From positions 1-39,746 of the forward strand of contig JASIBA010000080.1 of the NCBI GenBank assembly GCA_030041735.1: a DNA stretch of 39,746 bases. Reading direction: 5' to 3'. Both the position numbers and the translations under genes were made by a program. Positions 1 to 7,986 of the stretch are shown piece after piece (position 1 is the stretch's first letter; each line of letters opens with the position of its first letter). Source of the stretch: Thermoplasmata archaeon. GTDB lineage: Archaea; Thermoplasmatota; Thermoplasmata; Lutacidiplasmatales; UBA184. Below the pieces are notes generated by a model. That model saw only the letters and a list, made by a program, of their open reading frames with translations, was not told the DNA's origin and did not search any database.

Positions 1-737
1 CCCGCCGCGCCGGCCTTGCCGGCGCCGCCGCTGCCGCCTTCGCCGCCGGTGCCGCCCCAGCCGCCGATCGCACCGGCGCCTCCGACGCCTCCGACCCCGC
101 CGGTCGCGAGGTTGTCCTCGAAGGTGTCGTTCGTGAGGGTAACGTTACCGGTAGAGATCCAGATCGCGCCGCCTTCGGCGGACCCGACGGACTGGCCCGC
201 GCCCGCGGCGACGACCGTACCGCCGTTCTTGCCGGCGGTCCCCGCCTTGCCCGCGTCGCCCTTGCCGCCGTTCGCCCCGTTATGACCGCCCGCTCCGTTG
301 GGTGCGTTGCTCCCGCTCGACCCGACGCCGCCGTTGGCGGACGACGCGCTCCCGTCGTACAGGCCCACGCCGTTGATCGTGAGCTGGCCGCCCGTGACCT
401 GGAAGAATTGCGTGCTGAAGTCTCCTTCGAACGTCACGAAGTAGCCGCCGGAGTCGATGACGATCGATAGGCCGGTCGGGATGGAGGCGAACGTGCTGAA
501 GTCGACCGTGCAGCTCTCGCCGTAGACGTACGTACCGCTCACCGTGATGTTCGAGAGGAGGCTGGCCGCCGTGCAGTTTGTGAGGGTCGTCGTCGGCTGG
601 CCCGCCGCCGACACCGCCAGCCGGGTCGAAGCGGGACCGGCGTTCAGCGCCCCTCCCGCGGTGGGGATCATTCCGATCACCACAAACGTGGTCAGCGCGA
701 TCACGATGGACATCCAGGTCAAGTTGTTCTTCGTCAC
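1..737 (-). CDS. Secreted/surface glycine-rich protein (PGRS-like Gly repeats); 3' end runs off the window
   Basis: Not in the ORF track. Manual translation from GTG 737 gives MTKNNLTWMSIVIALTTFVVIGMIPTAGGA (signal peptide), then ...GGAIWISTGNVTLTNDTFEDNLATGGVGGVGGAGAIGGWGGTGGEGGSGGAG. The frame stays open to the window edge. Confidence 0.8.
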   Translation of the reverse strand, partial: MTKNNLTWMSIVIALTTFVVIGMIPTAGGALNAGPASTRLAVSAAGQPTTTLTNCTAASLLSNITVSGTYVYGESCTVDFSTFASIPTGLSIVIDSGGYFVTFEGDFSTQFFQVTGGQLTINGVGLYDGSASSANGGVGSSGSNAPNGAGGHNGANGGKGDAGKAGTAGKNGGTVVAAGAGQSVGSAEGGAIWISTGNVTLTNDTFEDNLATGGVGGVGGAGAIGGWGGTGGEGGSGGAGKAGAA

Positions 738-783
738 GTCGAGGCCCCCGGCCGCCCTGCGAACGAAGTGCGCCGCTACAAAC

Positions 784-826
784 CTTACGGAACGGAAACT
801 CTATAGTTTCCCGTCCGGTCCGTAAG
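784..826. promoter_or_regulatory. Imperfect inverted repeat around an AT-rich core upstream of the Gly-rich gene
   Basis: cttacgga (784-791) pairs with tccgtaag (819-826), and gaaact (795-800) with agtttc (805-810), around ctat. Confidence 0.4.
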
Positions 827-901
827 TCACCTGGCCTCTATGGGTGCCGGGAAAAGTAGGGGGATTTCGAAGGGACCGGGTACGGGCGCGCACGCCGCGG
901 G

Positions 902-1603
902 CTACCGCGGCTCGATCCCGTCGCGGAACTCGATCGACGCGTGGCTGCCGTTGCAGAACGGCTTGTTGACCGACGCGCCGCAGCGGCAGAGGGTGAGCCG
1001 GTTCCGCCGCTCGTAGGGCGTTCCGTCAGGCGACTCGACCCGGATCCCGCCCCGCACCCACAGCGGTCCGCTCACCCCGAGGACCGGGTCCTCGACCACG
1101 CCGATCGACGGCGGCAGCTCCGGCTCGACCGCTTCACCGGTGACCTTGTCGTGCAGCACGAGCCGACCGGACGGGCATTGCGTTCCCTCGTGGATCACGA
1201 GCTCGCGGACCCTCGGGTCGTCGGTGCGACCGATGAGGGCCCAGATCTTCCCGCCGGGGTCGCAGAACCGGGCGAACGCGCACAGGTGCTCGGCGTCGCT
1301 CAGGACGTGCGTCGGGCCGTCCAGGCGCTCGGACTGGCGTTCGATCGGCCGCCGCGACGCCGTCTCGGTACCATCGAAGCCGATCTTTGCGTGCGTGCCA
1401 TCGCAGAACGGCTTGGTCTTGGACTGGCCGCAGCGGCAGAGGAAGTACTCCTCCTTCGCGTCGAACGAGCGGCCCTCCTTCCACTCCCAGGACTCCTTCC
1501 GCGCGTTCGCGACGATCCGCTGCACCGCGAGCGGGACTTTGCCCACGACGCGGTACGGCCCATCCTTCGTGACGACGATCTTCGGCTCGTCCTCCCCCGC
1601 CAT
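902..1603 (-). CDS. CDGSH iron-sulfur domain protein (two CDGSH-type motifs flanking a central Cys-containing domain)
   Basis: LCRCGQSKTKPFCDGTH and LCRCGASVNKPFCNGSH; central LCAFARFC...QCPSGRL. Likely start MAGEDEPK at ATG 1603. Confidence 0.9.
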   Translation of the reverse strand: MAGEDEPKIVVTKDGPYRVVGKVPLAVQRIVANARKESWEWKEGRSFDAKEEYFLCRCGQSKTKPFCDGTHAKIGFDGTETASRRPIERQSERLDGPTHVLSDAEHLCAFARFCDPGGKIWALIGRTDDPRVRELVIHEGTQCPSGRLVLHDKVTGEAVEPELPPSIGVVEDPVLGVSGPLWVRGGIRVESPDGTPYERRNRLTLCRCGASVNKPFCNGSHASIEFRDGIEPR

Positions 1604-1899
1604 GGCCCCTTCCTCGACGCCCGCACTCGCCGGGGCCTTAGAAAGGGTCGCGCACCCCGGCGCCACCGCGGGGGTTCTGAGCCCGCTCTCGGGCCGTCGG
1701 GTCCGGACCCGAGGGGACGGAGTCGGGGGCGATCTGTCGGTGACATGCGGTGCCGCGCGCGGTGGGGGCTCCCGCGCTCCACGTGCGTGCATGGCCAGCG
1801 AGAGGGGACCCTCGGCTTCGAGCCATCCGATGGGCTGTGGGGGGGGCGCAACCGGGGCCCCGACTATCGGGCCCAGGGAGCGTTGACACCGAGACGGCA

Positions 1900-1936
1900 C
1901 CCCGGAGCGGATTCGAACCGCTGCGCCGACGGCCAG
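1900..1936 (-). repeat. Degenerate copy of the 3' half of tRNA-Gln (att-like site)
   Basis: gagcggattcgaaccgctg at 1905-1923 is identical to 4983-5001. The alignment extends to ggccag (1931-1936 vs 5016-5021), with the anticodon-loop bases tccaaa missing. Confidence 0.85.
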
Positions 1937-1985
1937 GAACAAAATCGACAAACATTAAAGTAATGCAGCGGCCCTCGGGTGCGCC

Positions 1986-2198
1986 ATGGCCGCGGATCCG
2001 ATCACGAGCCTCAGCATCCACACGTCGACGCTCCGAATGCTTCGACCCTTCAAACGCGGCGACATGACGTGGGATGACGTCCTGCTCGATTTCATCGAGG
2101 AGCACGTCCCGAAGGAGTTCCTGGAGGAGATGGTACACCGAGCCGAGGTACGTCCGCATGTCAGCCTCGCCGAGCTCCGCCGTCGGAGCCGGCTCTAG
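1986..2198 (+). CDS. Antitoxin (RHH-like N-terminus, RelB-like)
   Basis: 70 aa directly upstream of a RelE-like gene; TSLSIHTSTLRMLRPFKRGDMTWDDVLLDFI and C-terminal VSLAELRRR. AT-rich promoter-like aaacattaaag at about 1950-1960. Confidence 0.7.
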   Translation: MAADPITSLSIHTSTLRMLRPFKRGDMTWDDVLLDFIEEHVPKEFLEEMVHRAEVRPHVSLAELRRRSRL

Positions 2199-2207
2199 GC
2201 GCGGCCC

Positions 2208-2492
2208 GTGGCTCGCGTGGAGTTCACCGACGAGGCGGACGCTCAGTTCCGTCGTCTCCCGCGCGCGGTGCAGATGGAGTACAACGAGATCTTCGACTGG
2301 CTCGAGCGGAACCCGCTTCGCCTGCCTCCGTGGATCGAGTCCAAACAGATCGGGGAGCGCAGGGGTCAGTCGGTCTTTCGAGTCCGCGTCGGGCGATTTC
2401 GAGCCATCTATTGCTTCGACGGCGACGTGGTCACTTTCACTCGGTTTCGAGACCGTCCCAACATACGGTACGGCGCCCAACCCAAATTCTGA
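2208..2492 (+). CDS. relE: RelE/ParE family type II toxin
   Basis: 94 aa; VEFTDEADAQFRRL, FRVRVGRFRAIY and C-terminal RDRPNIRY match the RelE pattern. Confidence 0.85.
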   Translation: MARVEFTDEADAQFRRLPRAVQMEYNEIFDWLERNPLRLPPWIESKQIGERRGQSVFRVRVGRFRAIYCFDGDVVTFTRFRDRPNIRYGAQPKF

Positions 2493-2848
2493 TTCCGCTT
2501 ACCAGACCTAGGCCCGTCGGCTTCCCCCGGAGAGCACCCGTTCCTACGTTGGGGTTCCGGGAAGCGCGCCCTTCGGCGATCCAACCTGCCGCACGATGAA
2601 GGACCCCACACCTCGGTCCCCACGTAACGAACGCGCCCGAACCCGTCGACCCGTGGCAGGGCGAGTACTCCTGACTGATCCCGGCGGTGCCTCGGTGGAA
2701 GCGCCCTAGCCCTTCCAAGACCGTGGAGGTCGACGGAGGCGAAGGAGCCTTTCCCGCCCCGCTCGGGCTCTCTTCCACCCACCGATCGACCCTCCGCGGC
2801 GTCGGAGCGAGGAGGACCCTAGGGTCCGCGAGCGAGCGCTTCGGCTCG

Positions 2849-2862
2849 ATAGCCCCGAGCGG
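2849..2862 (-). repeat. Second, internal copy of the tRNA-Gln 3' terminus
   Basis: atagccccgagcgg is identical to 4975-4988 (14/14) in the same orientation. Confidence 0.7.
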
Positions 2863-3143
2863 GGTTCATAGGATTTCGAGTCAAGTGGGGCGATTTCCAA
2901 GGAGAAACCCTCGGCAGTCTGGGGCCGGAAAGGGGCTGGCCGGCCCGCTGCGGCCGGGTCCCCCCCGCATTCCCCGATCGGGAGAGAAACCTCGGGTGGC
3001 CGAGCCGATTAGTGGCTCCGCCGCAGCGTTCCCCGCCGGAACGCCGATGGAGTCGGAAATATTGTGACCCTGCGATTCTCCACGTCCAGGCAAGCCGCGT
3101 GAGCAGCTCTCAGCCGCAGTCCCGCGGCCAGCACCAAGCGGTC

Positions 3144-3737
3144 TCACGTAGACTCGGTACCGCCCGGCTTACGTCGCGGCCTCGGGTTCAGTCGCCGTGG
3201 AAGGAACAACCATAGCGCCATCGCCACAGAAGCCCCAATCGCGACAATGCCTGCCCCGGTGAAGGCGCTTGCCACGCCTTGCAGCAAACCCGGGATCGGA
3301 CAGAACACAGGATACTCTAACGAGAACTCCTGGCAGCTACTCTGAGATGCGACCCTGGACCCGAGAACGAGGAGACCGATTCCGAACGGAAGCAACGCCG
3401 CGGCCACCCACCGGAAACTCGGAAGGTGAAAGCTTCCGGAGCGACCCGTAAGGGTCGCCGGTCGCCTCTCACCACGCACCGGGCGCGTGACTGGTACCCA
3501 GTAGCCGGCGAAACCCACCAGCGACGCTGAAACCACTAGGGCGAGCAGATTGTAGAACACGTCTATGCCCCACGCACCCGGGCTGCTGTGGTAGTCGCCG
3601 GCAAACGACGTGGTCTCGACGAGGAACAGAGTAGTGAGGAACAGCGCAGCGCCGATCGTTACGACCGGGGTTCGGTTCTTGACGAGCGCCCCCCATAGGG
3701 CTGTCCACCGACTCTCGATTTCGTTTCCTGCGGGCAT
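3144..3737 (-). CDS. Hypothetical membrane protein (about 4 TM segments)
   Basis: ATG 3737 (MPAGNEIES) lies just downstream of the peptidase gene. Four hydrophobic stretches and a Cys pair in a loop (SSCQEFSLEYPVFCP). Confidence 0.65.
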   Translation of the reverse strand: MPAGNEIESRWTALWGALVKNRTPVVTIGAALFLTTLFLVETTSFAGDYHSSPGAWGIDVFYNLLALVVSASLVGFAGYWVPVTRPVRGERRPATLTGRSGSFHLPSFRWVAAALLPFGIGLLVLGSRVASQSSCQEFSLEYPVFCPIPGLLQGVASAFTGAGIVAIGASVAMALWLFLPRRLNPRPRRKPGGTEST

Positions 3738-3769
3738 CAGTCTCGATATGTCAACTCGGACCCCGTCTC

Positions 3770-4881
3770 TCACACATAGTCGGCCGAGAAGCAACTCCAG
3801 AAGGCAATACAGGAAGAGTTCCCGTACGTGATATCACTTACCCACACGTTCTTCGCGGAGTTCGGCTCGCCGTAATTCCCGTAGTTAAAGGGGTTCAGCG
3901 CGGGCAAATCACCGCTCGAACCGACCCCCATGTCCTGGAACGTCACGTGAGGAGTATAGGGTGGAGTGTCGTAGTAGCCGCCGCTATACCCCGGGTTCTC
4001 GACTATCCATTGCGCGTACACCGGAGCCCCCATCGACATCGACTGACTGCTGGTACAACTCTTACTCGATGTGTCATCGTAGATGGAGGTGTAGTAGGTA
4101 CCACTCGAGTACGAGACGTCCGCACGAATCGTATCCCCTGCCGAGGCTTCGAAGCAATTGGTAGCACCAGAGCTCGAGGGGCTGTAAAACTCGTACCAGA
4201 CCGGGTAGTCGGTGTATCCGCATAGCAACGAGCACTGAACCTGGGCATCGAAGCCCGTCTGCGCAATGCCACTATCGCCGTCGATTTCCGCTGTTTCCCC
4301 GACCCAGAAGGACACGTCACAAACGTAGGGCGGGCCGCAGCTCTCGCTTGGCGGCGCCTGCGCGGTAGGAACGTTCATTTGGACGCCTGGTGAAGCAGAG
4401 CTCTCAACTCCCCACCCGGACCATAGGTCATCGGGACCATACTGCGCGCTGCCAGACCCGCCGTACTGTATGTGCGCCCCGAGAACGCCTAAATTCGAGG
4501 GCGCTTCGGAGACGACAACGGAGGCCCCGAGGAGTGTGTTTGTCGCTCGATAGACCTCATTCACCGACGTCAGATCAACGGTACACGACGAGTCAGAGAA
4601 GTTCCACAAGAAGAATTGGCTGCTATGGGCGAGGCCAATTCCATCTCCGAGAGCAGCGGCCGCTGAGGCGAGCTGCTGAGACGCGAGCGCACTGTCGTTC
4701 GCCAAGGTCGAGTTCACATCGGCCTGAATGGCCCAAGACTCTTCCGAGAGCTCCGCCGTAGAGCATGTAAGGGGGGTGTCGACTGCGCTTCTGCAAAATG
4801 CACGGCTGCCCCGGCCATAGTCAGGGAGACCGTCATCACAGCAAACAGCCGACAGACTCCGCGCCAAAGACCAGGACGCAT
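3770..4881 (-). pseudogene. Secreted G1 family (Peptidase_A4) glutamic endopeptidase, frameshifted near 4771-4776
   Basis: G1 motifs WSGW, SFWVG, IAQTG (catalytic Gln), WYEFY, AGDTI and AQWIVE (catalytic Glu). The signal peptide MRPGLWRGVCRLFAVMTVSLTMAGAAVHFAEA (ATG 4881) is in another frame, and one extra base in the G6 run joins the two. Confidence 0.75.
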
Positions 4882-4975
4882 GGGACCACCACTGTCCCGA
4901 ACACGCGACGCTTTCAATAATGAAGCGCCAGGGGACGCCGACGATACGGTGACCCCCTCTCACTCGAAAAACGAA

Positions 4976-5048
4976 TAGCCCCGAGCGGATTCGAACCGCT
5001 GTCGCCGGCTCCAAAGGCCAGCATGCTTGGCCGCTACACCACGGGGCT
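4976..5048 (-). tRNA. tRNA-Gln (anticodon TTG)
   Basis: AGCCCCGTGGTGTAGCGGCCAAGCATGCTGGCCTTTGGAGCCGGCGACAGCGGTTCGAATCCGCTCGGGGCTA: 73-nt cloverleaf with a TTCGAAT T-loop, A1-U72 pair, no intron and no encoded CCA. Confidence 0.97.
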
Positions 5049-5095
5049 AGGTCGGACAGCGGGCCGCCGCTACAAAAGAGGTCACACGGACCGGA

Positions 5096-6331
5096 TTAGC
5101 GGGCCAGCCTATTCTCCGCAGCGACGCGCGGTTCGACCGCCGGGCGCGGGATCGCGGCGAGCGCGAGGACCGGCAGGGCGACGAGCGCCGCGATCGCGGC
5201 AAAGTACCAGGCGACCGTGAAGCCCCAATCGACCGCGACGAATCCGAAGGCGATCGCCAGGCCGCTGCCGAGGAGGATCTGGACACCGTTGATCAACGCG
5301 AGCGAGAGGGCGAGCGTCTCGGGCTGCATCCCGGGGAGATACGAGGGCACCAGGTAGAGGTCCGCGAAGACAACCGACACCGCGAAGCCGAAGAACCCGA
5401 ACACGACCAGCAGGCCGACGAACGGGAGGTACGGTACCAGGAAGATCACGACGCCCGCCGGGATCCCCCAGGCCACGAGCAGGCGCCGGGACCCCTTCGC
5501 GCGCTCGCCCACCCACCCCCCGTACGGCCCCCCGACGACTTCGATGAGGATCAGCAACGTCGGCAAGGAGGCGGCCAGGGTGAGGCTCCAGCCCGGATGT
5601 TCCGTCGCGGCGAACTGGACCGTGTACTGCGCCAGGATGTAGCTCGCGGCCCAGAGTCCGGTGAGCGCGAGCGCGAGCGACCAGAGCGTCCGCGACCGGA
5701 GGAGCGGGGCGGCCGCCCTCCAGACCTCGGCCCGAGAACTCCCGCTCGGCGGAGCCGCGGTCGGCGGGAGGAAGACCGAGGCCGCGGCCGCAGCCACCAG
5801 GAGCGCCACGCCCCCGATGCCGAGCGCCCAGGGCCATCCCAGCGCCTCGCCGAGGACGGCGCCGGCCAGGATCCCGATGCCCGCGCCCACGCTGAACCCG
5901 GCGTTGTAGAGGCCGATGACCGGACCGCGAGACCCGGCGGGATAGTACGAGGCCACGAGCCCGAGGGCGGGCGCGAAGAAGAACGCGGCCCCGGCCCCGA
6001 CCCCGAACCGAAGGCCCGCGAGCACGATCCAGTTCGGCGCGAAGGCGGACGCCAACGCGAACGCTCCCATGATGACCAAGGCCGCGAGGCAGACGCGACG
6101 GTTCCCCCAGCGGAGCGCCGCGAACCCGGCCGGAAGCTGGAAGATCCCCGCGCCGGCGAGGAACGCCCCGAGCACGATGCCGAGCCGCTCCGTCCCGATC
6201 GAAAAGTCCGTGCCGATGAGCGGCAGCACGGCGCCCACGTTGTACCAGCTGAACGCGTAGATCGCGCGCGCGAGGACCAGGGTGATCGCGCCGCCGTGCC
6301 GGCGAGCGTACGCGGTCGCCGTCGCCTCAAC
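5096..6331 (-). CDS. MFS transporter (start codon uncertain)
   Basis: About 12 hydrophobic segments; motif A-like GFAALRWGNRR and GWVGERAKGSRR; LRFGVGAG. No in-frame ATG/GTG/TTG near the expected N-terminus. Confidence 0.88.
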   Translation of the reverse strand, partial: VEATATAYARRHGGAITLVLARAIYAFSWYNVGAVLPLIGTDFSIGTERLGIVLGAFLAGAGIFQLPAGFAALRWGNRRVCLAALVIMGAFALASAFAPNWIVLAGLRFGVGAGAAFFFAPALGLVASYYPAGSRGPVIGLYNAGFSVGAGIGILAGAVLGEALGWPWALGIGGVALLVAAAAASVFLPPTAAPPSGSSRAEVWRAAAPLLRSRTLWSLALALTGLWAASYILAQYTVQFAATEHPGWSLTLAASLPTLLILIEVVGGPYGGWVGERAKGSRRLLVAWGIPAGVVIFLVPYLPFVGLLVVFGFFGFAVSVVFADLYLVPSYLPGMQPETLALSLALINGVQILLGSGLAIAFGFVAVDWGFTVAWYFAAIAALVALPVLALAAIPRPAVEPRVAAENRLAR

Positions 6332-7271
6332 TCCTGCCGAGCAGTCCGTGCGTCTCGAAGTACCGGAGGAACCCCGCAGCCGCGAGATCGTAGCCCGACA
6401 CCATCGTCGACCGATCGTCCCGGCCCGGCGGGCCGGGCGAGACCCGGGCGGTCGACCGGTCGTGTTCTCGCAGCCGCTCCGCAACGAACGCCACCTCGCC
6501 GCGCTCCCGGGCCGCCGCGAGCGCGACGTCGCGCCAGTCCTCGACGATCCCGCGGTAGCGCGCGAGGTCCTCCGAACCGTCGGGGCTCGGGCCGAAGTGG
6601 CTGTAGAGCACCCGCGCCGGGTCGAGACGCCGCATCGCCTCGACGCTCGCGAACAGCGCCTCGAGATCGAGGTCGGGCGGCGGGACCGCCGGCCGCGCGT
6701 GCGCGCTGCGCTCCAGCCGCACGCCCGCGCCGTCTCCCGTGAACACGCCCCGGATCCGGGAGTCGAAGAACGCGAGGTGGTGTCGCGCGTGCCCCGGGGT
6801 CGCGAGCACCGAGAGCGTGCCGCCCCGGAGCGGAAACTCCTCCCCGCCGCGCAGCGCGACGATCCTTCCGGGCGTCACCGGGACGATCGGCCCCCACAGA
6901 GGCTCCGCCGCGGCGCCCCACGCGCGTCGCGCGCTGGCGATGAGCCGGGAGGGGTCGATCAGGTGGGGCACGCCCAGCTCGTGGGCGTAGAACGTGGCGT
7001 TCGGCAGCGCGTCGAGGAGGCTGCCGACGCCGCCGGCGTGATCGAGGTGGATGTGGGTCACGAAGACGTGGCGAACGGCCGCGCGGTCGACCCCGGCCCG
7101 TTCGAGGCCCGCCAGCAGCGGCTGCCGGCAGGTGGTCGGGCCGGTCTCCACGAGCGACCACCCCTCGTCCTCCGGTAGCAGGTAGGCCGCCACGAGGCCC
7201 TCCGTGTCCCGGAAGTCGAGGTCGAGCAGCTGGCGACCCTCCCCGAGCTCCAGCACGCGGGGTCGGGCCAC
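6327..7271 (-). CDS. MBL-fold metallo-hydrolase
   Basis: THIHLDHAGG, TPGHARHH, FTGD and SHFG motifs. Confidence 0.92.
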   Translation of the reverse strand: MARPRVLELGEGRQLLDLDFRDTEGLVAAYLLPEDEGWSLVETGPTTCRQPLLAGLERAGVDRAAVRHVFVTHIHLDHAGGVGSLLDALPNATFYAHELGVPHLIDPSRLIASARRAWGAAAEPLWGPIVPVTPGRIVALRGGEEFPLRGGTLSVLATPGHARHHLAFFDSRIRGVFTGDGAGVRLERSAHARPAVPPPDLDLEALFASVEAMRRLDPARVLYSHFGPSPDGSEDLARYRGIVEDWRDVALAAARERGEVAFVAERLREHDRSTARVSPGPPGRDDRSTMVSGYDLAAAGFLRYFETHGLLGRS

Positions 7272-7281
7272 GGCGCCGCTC

Positions 7282-7986
7282 CTAGAGGATCGGGGCGCCG
7301 ACCAGGTAGATCGAGGCCCAGCAGACCGCCGCGGTGACCGCGGCGACGGCGAAGCCGATGGCCCAGGTCTTCGGGCTCCAGCGCAGGACCTTCGCGCCGT
7401 CGAGGGGGCCGAACGGGACCAGGTTGAACGCGGCGAAGAAGGCGTTGAAGTACGCCACCAGGATCAGCCAGAACCATAGCGGGCTCCCGGCGTACCACAA
7501 CCCGGCCGCACCGGCGTAGAACAGGGCGGCGAACCCGAGGTTCGAGGCCGGGCCGGCGAAGCTCGTCCGTCCCCATTCGCGGACGTCGCCCATGCCCCCG
7601 ACCACGGTGGCCCCCGGCGCGGCGAACAGGAAGCCGATGTACGCCGTGAAGATCGAGAGGAGGAGTCCGACCGGATACCATCGGAACTCCGCCCAGTACC
7701 CGTGGCGCTGGGCCGAGATCTTGTGGGCCATCTCGTGGCACACGAACGCGGTGAACGAGACCCCGGCCGCCGCGAGCACGACCGAGAGCGGCACCGAACC
7801 GAGGACGCCGAGGCCGAACCCCGAGAACAGGCCTCCGACCCACATGATCAGCACGAAGTCGAACGTGAGCACCAGGAAGGCGACCGTGATCTCCGCGATC
7901 TCGCGCGGGGAGGTGTGGAAGCCGCGCGTCGGGGTCGGCGACCACGAGTACGAGTAGGTGCCGGACGACGGGATCGTGTAGCTCAC
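7282..7986 (-). CDS. Site-2 protease (M50 family membrane metalloprotease)
   Basis: HEMAH, AGPASN and FNLVPFGPLDG. GTG 7986 overlaps the upstream stop (GTGA). Confidence 0.92.
   Translation of the reverse strand: MSYTIPSSGTYSYSWSPTPTRGFHTSPREIAEITVAFLVLTFDFVLIMWVGGLFSGFGLGVLGSVPLSVVLAAAGVSFTAFVCHEMAHKISAQRHGYWAEFRWYPVGLLLSIFTAYIGFLFAAPGATVVGGMGDVREWGRTSFAGPASNLGFAALFYAGAAGLWYAGSPLWFWLILVAYFNAFFAAFNLVPFGPLDGAKVLRWSPKTWAIGFAVAAVTAAVCWASIYLVGAPIL

Larger units (their letters stand above)
1900..5048. mobile_element. tRNA-Gln-integrated genomic islet without an integrase
   Basis: Bounded by the tRNA and a partial direct repeat of it. Carries a TA pair, and 3050-4975 is visibly more AT-rich than the flanks. 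Confidence 0.7.

Noticed and set aside
1895-1960. A second tRNA gene
   Set aside because: Only the 3' half matches; the D arm, 5' acceptor strand and anticodon loop are missing. Treated as an att remnant.
2493-3143. Integrase or transposase remnant in the islet spacer
   Set aside because: None of the short ORFs shows tyrosine recombinase, serine recombinase or DDE motifs.
4882-5014. N-terminal part of the 414-aa ORF 3770..5014
   Set aside because: It overlaps the tRNA and has no signal peptide; the true N-terminus appears to be in another frame.
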